A stretch of 64,000 nt of DNA from an uncultured delta proteobacterium. GTDB taxonomy: Bacteria > Myxococcota > Myxococcia > Myxococcales > Anaeromyxobacteraceae. The notes beneath the pieces were generated by a model, which worked only from the letters and a program-made list of their open reading frames with translations, made no database searches and was not told the DNA's origin. The position numbers and the translations under genes are program-made. The stretch spans positions 64,001 through 128,000 of the forward strand of contig CAWHDZ010000003.1 in the NCBI GenBank assembly GCA_963828255.1. Direction: 5' to 3'. This document shows positions 1 through 12,300 of this stretch, piece by piece (the stretch's first letter is position 1; every line of letters starts with the position of its first letter).

Positions 1-138
1 GCCTCCACGGCGCGGCTGGTCTCGCACGGCTACCTGGGCGTGCTGGCGTCGGGCGGCGCCAAGGTGGGCTGGTGGCTCCTCAAGAATGGGGTCCGGAACC
101 CGAAGGCGGCCATCGACCGGCTGCGCGGCGGGAAGTAG
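1..138 (+). CDS. 3' end of a gene truncated by the window edge, product unknown
   Basis: Frame 1 open from base 1 with high-GC3 codons (ASTARLVSHGYLGVLASGG...RLRGGK), TAG at 136-138, convergent with the next gene. Confidence 0.6.
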   Translation, partial: ASTARLVSHGYLGVLASGGAKVGWWLLKNGVRNPKAAIDRLRGGK

Positions 139-143
139 CGGGG

Positions 144-2375
144 TCAGCGCCCGCAGCGCCGCGAGGCGTGCCGGGCCCGCACGCGGTCGGCCTCGCGGTC
201 GGCGTCCCGCTCGACCCGCGACCAGGCCTCCCGGGCCCCGGCCACGTCGCCCAGGCGGCAGCGCGCGGCGGCCAGCGAGGAGAGGGCCTCGACCCGGAAG
301 GCGACCGAGGGCAACTCGCCCTCGAGCGCCCGCTCGAGGAGCGGCACCGCGGCGGCCGCGTCTCCCCGGGAGGCGGCGTACCGTCCCGCCAGGTAGGGGC
401 CAAGGGGGTCGCTGGATGCGGCCAGCGCGGGCATCACCGCGTCGGCCCCGGCCGTCCCCAGGAACCACGGCGCGGCCGCGCCGAGCGTGGGGCCCGTCGC
501 CGCCGCGACCTTGGTGGTGAGCAGCCGGGAGCGCGCCCGGTCGGGGTGGAGCGCCAGCGCCTCGCGGTAGCGCGCCGCCGCGCCGGGCCCGTCCCCGGAG
601 CGCCAGGCCAGGTCCCCGCGGGATTCGAGCAGGACCGAGCGCAGGGCAGGGGAGCCCTCACCGAGCGCCGAGAGGGCCTCGGCGTAGGCCGCGTCGGACG
701 CCGCCGGGTCGCTCCCCCGCAGCGCGTCGCCCAGCCCCCTCAGGTCCGACGGGTCGCCGGAGAGGCGCGCGGCCCGCCGCCAGAGGAGCGCCGCCGCCGC
801 AGGGTCGCCGCGCCGCTCGGCGGTCCGGGCCCCGGCCTCGAGACCGGCCGTCTCCCGGGCGCAGCGCCGCCCGAGGAGCCCGGAGGGGCGAAAGCGGGCC
901 TCGGCCGCCACCAGGAGTTCCGGGGGGACATGCATCCCGTCGAGGAAGGCGTGCCATTCCGCCTCCAGCCGCCCGATCGGCGCCCCGAAGGCCTCGGCGA
1001 AGGGCGTGCCGGCGTAGGCGCGGAGCAGCGGTCCCGGGCCGCGCCGCTCGAGGAGGAAGGCGAGGAAGCTTCCCGACGCCCCGTAGGCCCTGGCCGCCGG
1101 GGCCGAGTAGAAGCCGGCCGGCTCGACCAGGCTCGCCGCCGCGGGGAGCAGTCCCAGATCCTTCATGGCGCGGGCCCACTCGTGCGCGGTCCACTCGCCG
1201 CGCGGGATCTCGAGCGCCACGGCCAGCCCCTCCACGAGCCCCGCGTCCACCAGCACGCCGTGCCGCGCCGGGACGCCGAGCGGCCCACCCGCCACCGCTC
1301 CCCCCACCGCGTGGACGATCTCGTGGCGCAGGGCCGGCGGTCCCCCCGGCGCGTCGAGGACCTGGATCTCGGCGAGCCAGGGCTTGGTGAACTCGGTCCG
1401 CCCGGCGCCGACGAGACGCCGCTTCTCCTCCTCGGACCGGTGGACCCACACCTTCACCAAGGGTGGATGGGCCACGCCCAGGGCCGCCGCCACCTCGGCG
1501 GCGTCGGCCTCGCAGTCGCGGAGGAGCCGCTCGGCCTCGGCGGCCGGCTTCTCCCGGGGGAAGTGGAGGTCGCAGCGGGCGCCCGTGCGCCTGCCGCCCA
1601 GGACCCGGTCCATTCCGGCTCGGGTGGCGAGGTCTCCGGTGCGCGCGCCCTCCACGCGGACGGCGGTCACGGCCAGGAGGGCCAGCACCACCACGGCGAG
1701 CCCGGCCGGCGACCGGGCGGGCGGGGTGCGGCGCCGCGCCGCGGCCACCGTGGCGGCCCCCACCATCGCCGCGGTCCAGGCCAGGGTGGCGAGCCGGAAG
1801 AGCACGAGCCGCCGGTCGAGGGCCAGCGCCTCGTCGTAGATCGGGCCGGGCCAGACGCCGAGGAACGGGTCGAGCAGGTAGGACGCAGGGCCCAGCCAGC
1901 CCTCGAGGAGCGTGGCCGAGAGCGAGGCCAGCAGTCCCGCCAGGTAGAGCCCGGCGGAGGGAATCCCGCGACCGCCGCCGATGGTCCCGGCGAGCACCCC
2001 CAGCGCGGCGGCGGCGAGCGCCGAGGGGAGGGCGACCGCCGGCACGAAGGCGAATCCGTAGACGGGGCTGCACGGCGTGAGGAGCGCGGTCCGCAGGGCG
2101 GCGCCGCCCACCAGCGCGCCCTGGAGGAGCGCCACCCGGACGGCCGCCCCGGCGAAGGCCCGCGGGGCCGACGGGTGCGCCCGGGCGAGCTCGCGCCGCG
2201 CCGCCGCGACGCCCAGCGGCCCGCCGAGGAGGACGGCGAGGAGGGCCGCCGCCATCCCCAGCTCCCAGCCCGGGGCCTCGAGGAGCGGGAGCCCGGCCAG
2301 GCGGAACCCCAGCGCGGCCAGCAGGCCCGCGCCGGCCGCCGAAAGGACGATTCGCCCCCTTCGACTATCGGTCAA
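144..2375 (-). CDS. Membrane protein with gluzincin-like Zn-peptidase motif and C-terminal TPR-like repeats
   Basis: Several N-terminal hydrophobic helices; LRHEIVH followed by LVEGLA (HExxH...E); Ala-rich helical repeats at C-terminus. Confidence 0.7.
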   Translation of the reverse strand: MTDSRRGRIVLSAAGAGLLAALGFRLAGLPLLEAPGWELGMAAALLAVLLGGPLGVAAARRELARAHPSAPRAFAGAAVRVALLQGALVGGAALRTALLTPCSPVYGFAFVPAVALPSALAAAALGVLAGTIGGGRGIPSAGLYLAGLLASLSATLLEGWLGPASYLLDPFLGVWPGPIYDEALALDRRLVLFRLATLAWTAAMVGAATVAAARRRTPPARSPAGLAVVVLALLAVTAVRVEGARTGDLATRAGMDRVLGGRRTGARCDLHFPREKPAAEAERLLRDCEADAAEVAAALGVAHPPLVKVWVHRSEEEKRRLVGAGRTEFTKPWLAEIQVLDAPGGPPALRHEIVHAVGGAVAGGPLGVPARHGVLVDAGLVEGLAVALEIPRGEWTAHEWARAMKDLGLLPAAASLVEPAGFYSAPAARAYGASGSFLAFLLERRGPGPLLRAYAGTPFAEAFGAPIGRLEAEWHAFLDGMHVPPELLVAAEARFRPSGLLGRRCARETAGLEAGARTAERRGDPAAAALLWRRAARLSGDPSDLRGLGDALRGSDPAASDAAYAEALSALGEGSPALRSVLLESRGDLAWRSGDGPGAAARYREALALHPDRARSRLLTTKVAAATGPTLGAAAPWFLGTAGADAVMPALAASSDPLGPYLAGRYAASRGDAAAAVPLLERALEGELPSVAFRVEALSSLAAARCRLGDVAGAREAWSRVERDADREADRVRARHASRRCGR

Positions 2376-2401
2376 GGGCTCCCCCGGGCTAGCATGCGCC
2401 G

Positions 2402-2785
2402 GTGAGCCAGGAACGCCGCGAGCACGCCAGGAAGCCCGTGGAGTTGCAGGTCGCCTACGAGAAGCTGAACGCCTTCTTCGCCGACTACACGCGGAACATC
2501 TCCAAGGGCGGCACCTTCATCCCGTCCCGGCGCTCGCTGCCGCTCGGCACCGCCTTCCGCTTCCGGCTCGTGGTCCCGGGGCGGGCGGTCCCGTTCGAGC
2601 TCGAGGGGATCGTGGTCCGCAACGGGAACGACGGCGACGAGTCCGGCGTGGGGATCCAGTTCCGCTGGAGCGACGAGGAGCGGCGCCGCGCGTTCGAGCA
2701 GGCGGTGGAGGAGATGATGACCGAGAGCTTCGGCCCGGTCGTGGCGCGGCAACTGCTCGACCATGGAGGCGAGGGCGATCACTGA
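2402..2785 (+). CDS. Myxobacterial PilZ-domain protein (TIGR02266-like)
   Basis: RREHAR (RxxxR) and NISKGGTFI (D/NxSxxG) motifs; 127 aa. Confidence 0.85.
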   Translation: MSQERREHARKPVELQVAYEKLNAFFADYTRNISKGGTFIPSRRSLPLGTAFRFRLVVPGRAVPFELEGIVVRNGNDGDESGVGIQFRWSDEERRRAFEQAVEEMMTESFGPVVARQLLDHGGEGDH

Positions 2786-3267
2786 CGGGCTTTGGGAATT
2801 CCCTCGACCCGCATCCGGTCGCCGACCCGGACCCCGTGCGCCTCGGCCCATCCTCCGGGCACCTCCAGCACCGTCCGGCTCGGCCCGCCGATGCGGGGCT
2901 CGAGGGTGAGGGGGCGCGCGCGGGCCACGATCCCGGTCACGCGCCCCGAGGAGTCGACGAAGATCAGGTCGAGGGGGATGAGGGTGTCCTTCATCCAGAA
3001 GGAGTGCTCCCCCTCCTCGTCGAAGAGGAAGAGCATGCCGTGGCCGTCCGCCAGCTCCTTGCGAAACATGAGCCCTCGCTCGCGTTTCTCCGGGGTGTCG
3101 GCGAGTTCCACATGGACGACGTGGGTCTTGCCGCCCGACTCGAGGATGGCGCGAGGTCCACCGGAGGCCGCGCAGGCTGGAGCCGAGGCGAGCGCGAGGG
3201 CGACGAGGGCCGTGGCGGCCCCCCGCCGGGCGATATCGACCGCCGAGGTGCTTGAATTGCCGTGCAT
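2779..3267 (-). CDS. DUF192 family protein
   Basis: VELADTPEKRERGLMFR...GMLFLF...FWMKDTLIPLDLIFVD...VLEVPGG signature; signal-like N-terminus; start uncertain. Confidence 0.88.
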   Translation of the reverse strand: MHGNSSTSAVDIARRGAATALVALALASAPACAASGGPRAILESGGKTHVVHVELADTPEKRERGLMFRKELADGHGMLFLFDEEGEHSFWMKDTLIPLDLIFVDSSGRVTGIVARARPLTLEPRIGGPSRTVLEVPGGWAEAHGVRVGDRMRVEGIPKARQ

Positions 3268-3375
3268 GGCCGTTGACGGTTAGCACCCGGGCCGCGCCGC
3301 TTCAAGGAGCGTGCTTCCCGGGGTCGCGTAATTGCCCGGGTCGCCGGTAGGCGGGTACGATGCGTCCCAAGCCCG

Positions 3376-6300
3376 ATGAGCACGCCGACCCGCACGAATT
3401 CGTCGAGCGACTCCATCGACGAAGCCGCGCGACAGAAGATCCAGTCGATCACCATCCTCGAGCGGGAAGCGCGCGAGGAAGGGGACGGCGCGAGCGCCGC
3501 CGCGTTGCTGCGCCGGGGAGCGACCCTCGCGCGTGAGCTGCCGGACCTCGGGAGGGCGGAGGCGCTGCTCCTGCGCGCGCTGGCCCGCCTGCCCGGCGAC
3601 CCGGAGATGCTGCGGGAGCTTGCCGCGGTGCGGGAGCAGGCGGGCAATCTCGCCGGAGTGGCCGCGGTGCTCGAGGAGGAGGCCGACCGCACGTCGCGTC
3701 CCGCCGAGGCCGCCCAGCGCTACCTGGCGCTGGCCCGGTGGTGGGAGGAGCGGATCGGGCGGCGGGACCGCGCCGCACTCTTCTACGGCCGGGCCTTCCG
3801 CATCGACCCCGACCTGGCCGAGGCGCGCCGCGGGGCGGTGTCGTGCGCCAAGGCGCTCGGCCGGTACGCCCAGGCGAAGAAGCTGCTCGACGCCTGGCGC
3901 GACGCCGGGGGCGACCGGGCCGAGCTCGCGGTGGCCTACGCCCACCTGGGCGTGGGGCTCGTGGACGAGCCGCTCGAGCACGCGCTCGCACTCGACGCCA
4001 CGGTGGAGGCCATGCTCCTCGACCGGGGCGCACCCGGGGCGGCCGAGACGCTCGAGCGGCTGCGCTCGGCGCCCCGGACCTGGCGAGACCAGGCCGCCGC
4101 GCTGGTGCAGCGCGCCGCGGTGGAGAGGGACAGGAAGGAGGCCGCGCGGATCTGGCTCCGGCTCGCGGCCCTGCACGTCGCGTACGACCCCGACGGCGCC
4201 TCGATGGCGCGCGAGGCCTTCGACAGGGCCTGGCTGGCCTCGCCGGGACACCCGCGGGCGCTCGACCTCCTCGAGCGCTGGCACGGGGAGCGGGGCGAGT
4301 GGACCACGCTGCGCGAGGAGCTGACCCGGCTGGCGCGCAGCTCCCGCGACCTCGCGGCCGCCGTGGCGGCGAACCTCCGGCTCTCCCAGCTGCTGCTCGT
4401 CCAGTTCGGCGACGCGGACGGCGCGCGCGATGCGCTGGCCCGCGCCCTCGACCTCGACCCCGCCAACGACGAGGCCGCCCTCCACCTCTTCGAGGCCCAC
4501 GTGGACGCCGGGCGCGAGGCCGACGCCCTCTCGGTCCTGGAGCGGCACCTCGACGCGCGCCCCCACCGCCCCGAGCACGCGCTGCTCCGGCTCCGGGGAG
4601 CGGAGATGGCCATCTCCGCCGGGCAGCAGGCCCGGGCCCGCAGGATGCTGGAGGCCGCGCTGCGCGAGTCGCCGGGCTTCACGCCGGCGGCGCGGCTTCT
4701 CCTGCCGCTGCTCGAGTCGGCCGGCGACTGGCCGCAGCTCGTGGAGACGCTCCAGTCGGTCGCCTCGTCCGAGCGGGATCCGGCCGCGCGGGCCTCGCTC
4801 CTCCTGCGCGCCGCGGAGGTGGCCCTCGAGCCCGTCGGCGACGCCGCCGAGGCCATGCGCATCCTCACCTGGGCGCTCGTCTCCGAGCCGGCGCGCGCGG
4901 CGGCCCGGCGTCAGCTCGAGGCGGTCGCGGCCCGCTCCGGGGACTACACGGGCCTCTCCCGGGCCTTCCTCGCCGGCGCTGCAGCGGCGGGAGCCGACCT
5001 CGGGACCAGGAAGGCGCTGCTCCGGCGGGCAGCCGAGATCGAGGAGCACGACCTCGGGCACGCCGAGGAGGCGGCGCGGGTGTGGCGCACCCTCGCCGAT
5101 CTCGACCCTTCCGACCGCGGAGCGGCCAGCGCCTACGAGGCCGCGCTCTCCCGCGCCGGGCGCCAGGCCGAGCTCATCGAGGACCTGACCGGCCGGATGG
5201 CCACGGCCTCCGGATCCGACCGTCGCGAGCTCTCCATCAAGATCGCGCGGCTCCACCTGGAGGCGGGCGACGCGCCGCGGGCCGAGGGCGCCTGGCGGGA
5301 CGTGCTCGCCGAGGACGGCACCGATCCGGAGGCGCTGCGCGGGCTCGCCACGGCGCTGCGCGCCGACGGCTCCGAGGCGGCGGCAGGCGAGCTCTGCCAG
5401 GTCCTGGCGCGTCTCTCTGCCCAGGGCGCCGCGGACCGCGCCGACCTCGACGCCGAGCGGGCGGCCCTTCTCCTCCACCCGCTGGCGCGCCCCCTCGACG
5501 CCGCCGGCGCCTGGCTGGCGTTGCTCGAGGGAGGCGGCCTCGCCCCTCCGCTGGCCGCCCAGGCGGTCCGGGCGCTCGAGGATCTCCTGGCGAGCGGCAT
5601 CGACCCGGTGCGCATCGCCCGTGCCCTGGCGCCCGTCCACGCGGCCGGAGGCGACGCCGGGCGCCACGTCGAGATGCTCGAGGTGATCGCCCGCGACGAG
5701 TCGGCCGACCCGTCCGACCGCGCGCGCATGTGGCTCGACGTCTCCGCCATCCGCCAGGACCGGCTCGGCGACGCCCGCGGAGCGCTCGACGCCGCCGCCG
5801 AGGCGCTGGCCCAGGCGCCCAGCCACCCCGAGGCCCGCCGCCGGGTGGAGGACCTGGCCACCCGCGCCAGGGCCTACACCGAGCTCCACGCGCTGCTCGT
5901 CCGGGCGGCCGACGCACTCTCCAGGCAGCCCGCCGAGGAGCGGTCGCTGCGGATCCGCGCGGCCCAGCTCGCCGAGGAGGAGCTGGGATCCCAGGAGCAG
6001 GCGGCCATGCAGCTCCGGAGGGTTCGCCAGGTCTTCCCCGACGACGCCGACGCCCTCGCCGGCCTCACCCGGCTGGCGCTGGCGGGGGAGCGCTGGGAGG
6101 AGGCGCGCGACCTGCTCGCCGATCGGGAGCGGCTCGAGCCGCCCCCGCCCGAGCGCGCCGCGCTCGCCACCCAGCGGGGCGACCTGCTCCTCGAGCGGCT
6201 CCACGACCCCGTCGCGGCGGTCGCCGCCTACCGCCGCGCGCTCGAATTCGTGCCCCGCGAGCAGTCGGCCCGGCTGCTCGCCCGGACCGCGCGCGCCCTC

Positions 6301-9300
6301 GAGGCCGCGGGCGACCGGGACGGGCTCGCCGAGGTTCTCGAGGACCTCTCGCACCATCCCAACCTGCCCCCCGGCCTCGACCTGCCGACGCTGCCGCCGC
6401 CCACCGACCCGCTGAAGAGGATGGAGCTGGCGCGGGAGCGGCTCTCCCGCGACCCGCACGACGTGGCGGCCGCGGCCGAGATGGAGCAGCTCGCCGAGGA
6501 GCTGGAGAGTCCGGCCGACCTGGCCTGGGCGCTCGAGCAGCGGCTCTCGGCGGCGCTCTTCGATTCCGACCTGGCGTTCCGGATCGCCGAGCTCCGGCGA
6601 ACCCGCCTGGGAGACCACGCCGGCGCGCTGCGGCTGCTCGCCGAGCTGGCTGCGACCGATCCCGACCACCCCGGAGCGCGCCTGTCGCTCCTCCAGATTG
6701 CGCGCGAGCCGGGGACGGTCGGACGGGACGCGCTCCTCCAGGTGGACCAGCTGTTCGTGTCGCCGCAGGACGTGGAGTCCCGGATCACGGTCCGGGAGGA
6801 CCGGCTCGCCGCCGAGGAGGACCCGGGAGAGCGGGCGCACCTCCAGGGCGAGATCCGGACGATCCTCGAGGTGGATCTGGCCGACCCCTCGCGCGCGCTC
6901 GACGCGGCGCGCGGAGCCTTCGCGGAAGGGGGAAGGGCGCGGGAGGAAGCGCTCGCCGACATCCCGCGGCTCGCCGAGAAGTCCGGGCGGCTCGACGTGC
7001 TGGCCGACGTCTACGCGGCCACCGCCGAGGCCGCTTTCGGCGCCGAGGCCGTGGACTGCCTTCGGCTGTCGGCGCGCACCCGGGACCGCACCGGCGACGT
7101 GGCCGCACAGCTCGAGGCGTGGCGCAGGCTGGCCACGGCGGCGCCGGGCGACGTCGAGGCGCTGGAGGCTCTCGACCGGGTCCTCTCCCGGGAGCGGCGG
7201 ACCGAGGAGCTCGTTCCGGTCCTCGCCGGGCTCGCCGAGGCGCGTCGGAACGATCCAGCCCGCAGGCTCGAGGTCCTGCTCCGGCGGGCCGTGCTGCTCG
7301 AGGGGATGGAGGATCCCCATCTCGCGGTGGACGCCTTCGCTTCGGTGCTGGAGGAGTTCCCGCAGGAGGGCGCGGCGCTCTCCGGCCTGGCCCGCGCGCT
7401 GGCCCGCCCCGGCTCCCGCGCCGCCGCGGCCCGGCTCCTCGAGAAGGTCCACCGGGCCTCCGGAGACCAGGATCAGCTCGCCGACCTGCTCGAGCTCCGG
7501 CTCGAGGACATGGCCGCCGAGGAGCGGCCCGCCGCCCTGGCCGAGCTGGCCGGGCTGCGCGAGAGGGCCGGGAAGCTCTCGGCCGCCTTCGAGGCGCTGG
7601 CGCGCCAGTACGCGCTCGAGCGCGGGGACACCGCCGCCGAGCCACGGTTGCGGGCCGAGCTGTGCCGGCTCGCCGACACGGCGGGGATCGAGGAACGGCT
7701 GGCCGAGATCCTCTCCGGGTCGCTCGCGGAGGGGCTGCCCGACGAGGCCGCCATCCCGGTCCAGACGGCCCTGGCCGCCATCCACCGGTCCCGGCAGGCA
7801 TGGGGTCCGCTCGCGGCGGCGCTGCAGGGACGGGCACGGCTGGAGCGCGACTTCCGCGTCCGGCGGGAGCTCTGGCGGGAGGTCGCCGAGGTTTCCGGCG
7901 ACCAGCTTTCCGACGCGGACGGCGCACGCGAGGCGTGGCGCGAGGTGGCCGAGCTCCTCGACCAGGAGGGCGACGATGCCGCCGCCCGGCCTGGCGGCGC
8001 GGAGGAGGCCGCCGACGCGCGGCTGCGCGCTGGCCGGATCCGCATGACCCGTCTCGGCGACGGGGGCGGCGCGGTGGGCTCGCTGCGCGCCGCGCTCGAG
8101 TCGGTGCCGGGTCACGCCGGGGCGCTCGCCGCAGCCGAGGAGCTCTCGCGGGAGCCGGAGCTCCTCGCCGCCAACGCCCCGTTCTTCGCCGACGTGCTCT
8201 CCGGCGAGATCGCCGCGGCCGAGAACGCGGGGAAGGACGCGGAGGCGGACGGGCTCCGCATCCGGCTGGCCGCGCTCCGGGAGGAGCACCTCCACGACGC
8301 CGCAGGCGCCCTCGCGCTCCTCGAGGAGGTGCTGGCCCGCCATCCCGGCCACGGCGAGGCGCTCTCCCGCGTCGAGAGCGCCATGGCCCACGACCCGGAA
8401 CGCGCCGGGGCCATCCTCGAGAAGGCCTACACGACCACCGGGAGGCACGGGCCGCTCGCCGCGCTCCTCACCGACCGGCTCCCGCGGCTGGGCGAGGCCG
8501 GGGGCGGGGTCGCGCTCCGGCTCGGCGCGCTCCTCGAGGGGCCGCTCGGGCGCCCGTCCGAGGCGCCGCACTTCTACGAGGAGGCGCGACGGCTCGACCC
8601 CGCGCTCGCCCCGCGCGCGCTCCTGGCGCTGGAGCGGCTCTACCGGAAGCTCGAACGGTTCGGCGAGCTGGCCACCACGCTCGAGGCGCTGGCCGACGCG
8701 GAGCCGCGTCCGGAGGAGCGCACCGGCATCCTCTTCGTCCTGGCGCAGCTCTGCGAGGAGAAGCTCGCGTGCCCGGGGAGGGCAGCCGACGCCTACCTCC
8801 GGATCCTCGACGCCCAGCCAGGCCACCCGGCGTCGCTGCGCGCGCTGTCCCGGATCGCCGAGGCCACCGGCGGGAGCGATCCCGGCCTCGCGATCCGGCT
8901 CTGGGATCGGCTCTCCCGCTGGAACGAGGCCGACCGGCGCCCCCTCGACGCCCTGCGCCGGCTCCAGGGAGAGCAGGGCGACCTCGTCGGCCTGTCCGCC
9001 ACGCTCCGGAAGCTCATCCCCTTCGAGCCGGGGGCCGAGCGGGAGCTCCGGCTCACCCTCGCCGAGACGCTCATCGCCGCCGGCGACGTGGCGGCCGTCG
9101 TCGACGAGGGGCGGCGCGCCATGGCGCTCGGCGCCCCCAGCGACGCCGACCTCGACCGGCTGGGCGCCATCTTCCGGGCTGCGGGCGACGCGGACGAGGG
9201 TTCGCGGGTGCTCGAGGCCAAGGCCCACCGTCTCGGGCCGGGGCCGGAGGGCGCCGAGGCGTGGCGCGCCGTGGCCGCCGACTGGGCATCGCGCGGCCGG

Positions 9301-12300
9301 ACCGTGGAGTCCTCCGCGGCGCTCGGCGAGGCCTTCTCCTGCGACCCGGGGAGCCGCGCCACCTTCGACGCGCTTCGCGCGCTCCACGCCGAGGCCGGCG
9401 ACTGGGGCGCCTGGGCACGGGTCACCGAGCTCTACGTCCCGCGCCTCACCGAGGCGCCGGAGCGGGCCGGTCTGCTCCAGGAACTGGCCGAGGTGCTGGA
9501 GACCCGCGCCGACAACTCCGCCGGGGCCTGGAACGCCTGGCGGAGGGCCTTCGCCGAGGACCCCTCGTCGGAGCGCGCGCTCTCGGCGCTGGAGCGGCTC
9601 GCGCCCTCGAACGGGGGGCCGGCCGAGATCGTCCCGTTCCTGGAGCGGGCGGCCGAGGCGTCGAGCGGCGAGCGGCAGGGCGCCCTGCTGCTCCGGCTGG
9701 CGGTGCTGCGCGGCGTGGACGGCGGGGACGCCGCCGGCGGTGCAGAGGCGGTTCGCCGCGCGCTCCTCGCCGACCCCGCCTGCCTGGCCGGGGTCGCGGA
9801 GGACGATGCGCTCCCCGCGGCGGCCCGGGCGCGCCTGCTCGGCTGGGGCGCCGCGGCGCTCGACGGGCAGGGCGAGGCGGGTCGAGCGCTCGGCCTGCTC
9901 GAGGCGGCCCACCGCATCGCCCCCGGCGACGGCGACGTGGCCGCCTCCCTGGAGCGGTGCTACCGGGAGGGAGGAAACGCCGGAAGGCTGGCCGACGTGC
10001 TCCGGATTCGCGCGTCCGTCGAGGCCGATCCGGCGGCGCGGAGCCGGACCCTGCTCGAGCTGGGTGAGCTGCTCGACGGATTGCTCGACCGACCCGAGGA
10101 GGCGGAGGGTGCCTTCCGCGAGGCGCTCGCCCTCGGCATCGACCCGGCCGCGGCCACAGGCCTCCACCTCCGGCTGGCGCGCATGCGCGCGCAGGCCTCG
10201 GGCGACCCGGCCGAGGCCCGGGCCGACTACGAGAAGGTGCTCGCGCTCGAGCCCGGAAACCTGGTCGCCATCCGCGCGCTGGCCGACCTCCGCTCCCGGG
10301 CCGGCGACCGGGCCGGCTTCGCCGAGATGCTCGCAGCCGAGGCCCGCCACGGCGACGATCCGGCCCGCGCCGCCGACGCGTTCGTCGAGGCGGGCCGGCT
10401 CCTCGAGCTCGAGGGTCGTCCCCGCGAGGAGATCTCCGGACTCTACGGGGACGCGCTGGCGCGGGTTCCCGATCACCTCCCCGCCGCCCTGGCCCTCTCC
10501 GACATCCTCGAGGCGAGCGGCGACCTGGCCGGGGTGGCCCGCCTGCTCGACCCCGCCGTTGCCCGGATGGGGCAGGGGGACCCGCGCGAGCTGCTCCGGC
10601 AGCTCTGCCGCCTGGGGAAGGCCCGGGAGCACAGCGGAGACGCCCCGGGCGCGCTCGCCGCGTACCGGAGGGCCCGCGAGATCGACCCCACCTCGCTCCC
10701 GGCGCTGAAGGGGCTCGCGGCCATCCTGGGCCCGGGCGGGGACGCGCGGGAGGCGCTGCCGGTGCTGGAGGGGCTCCTCTCCCACCACGCCGACGCCCTC
10801 TCGCCGGCCGAGGTGGCGGTGGCGAGCGGGTGGGTGGGCCAGATCCTGGAGCGGCAGGGCGTCACGGAGCGGGCCGTGGAGAGCTTCGAGCGGGCGCTCG
10901 AGATCGACCCCGTCCACGTCCCCTCCCTGCGCGGCATGGCGCGTCTGCTGCTCGCGCGCGAGGACTGGCCGCGCGCGGTCGGCGTGCTGGAGCGGCTCCT
11001 GCGCATCCCCGAGGTGCAGGCCGACCACGCCGGCGCGGCCCGGTTGCACCTCCAGCTCGCCGAGGTCCTGCGCGACCGGGTGGGGGACGAGGAGCTTTCG
11101 CTCCGCCACCTCGAGCTGGCCCTCGATCACGATTCACGGCTGGTGAAGGCCTTCGCCGCCATGGAGCAGATCCTGGCCGGGAAGCGGCGCTGGCGCGACC
11201 TGGCCCGGGCCATCGAGCGGATGATCGCGCGGCTGCCCCGGGCGCCCGACACCGAGAAGGCCCGCGCCGGGCTCTGGAAGGAGCTGGCGTCCCTGCAGCA
11301 CCGCGCGCTGGGCGACCTCCCGGCCGCCCGCATCGCCTACGAACAGGTGGTGAAGGACAGCCCCGACGATCTCGACGCCCTGCAGGCCTACGCCGAGCTC
11401 GCCGCCGGCGTCCCGGGGCTCGAGGGGGTCGCGGCCGATTCCCTGCGCTCCATCGCGCTCCGGCAGAAGGACCCGTCGCGCTCCGTCTCCCGGCTGCTCG
11501 CGGTCCAGCTCGCCCGCAAGGACCTCGACCGCGCCTACGCCGCCGCCGACGTGCTCGCCCACCTGCTCCGCACCGCCAGCCCCGAGGAGCTCGAGACGGT
11601 GGACCGGCTGCGGCGGCTGGCCCGCGAGTTCGCCACCCGCTCGCTCGACGACGTCCTCTGGCAGCGGCTCCTCCACGAGCGGCTCCGGACCGGACCGGTC
11701 CCGGCCATCCTCTCGCTCCTGGCGCGGGAGGCCGGGTCGATCTTCGTCCAGTCCCCGAAGGACCTGGGGCTGAACCCGGCGCGGGACGAGATCGACCTGT
11801 CGACCTCGGGGCTCGTCCTGGCCAACGGGATCAAGTACGCCGCCCGCTCGCTCGGGATCGAGGGGGTCCGGCTCTTCCGGATGGTGGGCAGCCCGATGCG
11901 GCTCGGGTTCGCCAACACCGACCCCCCCTCCCTGGTGGCCGGCGAGGAGACCTACCAGGATCGGCCCCGCCGGGAGCTCTGGTACGTCGCGGCCCGCGCC
12001 GTTTCCTACTACCGGCCCGAGCTCCGCCTGGCGCGGCTCATGCCGCACGATCAGCTCCAGGCGGTCTTCCAGGCGGCCTGCTGCGTGGGCTCCCCGGCTT
12101 TCGTGCCCACCGCCGAGCCGCGCATGGTCCAGAAGATGCGGGGACCGATCGAGCGGGTCCTGCGAGAGCGCGGCAAACTTCCCGTGCTGGAGCGGCTCGC
12201 CGAGGAGTACGCTGCGAATGCGCGGCCCGGTGACGTCCGGGCCCACATGGACGCGGTCGAGCTGACGTCCAACCGGGCAGGCGCCCTGCTCTCGGGCGAC

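Noticed and set aside
3280..11130. Very long antisense and alternate-frame ORFs (2616 aa, 2109 aa and many similar)
   Set aside because: Shadow ORFs of high-GC coding DNA; low-complexity Arg/Gly/Pro translations with no motifs.
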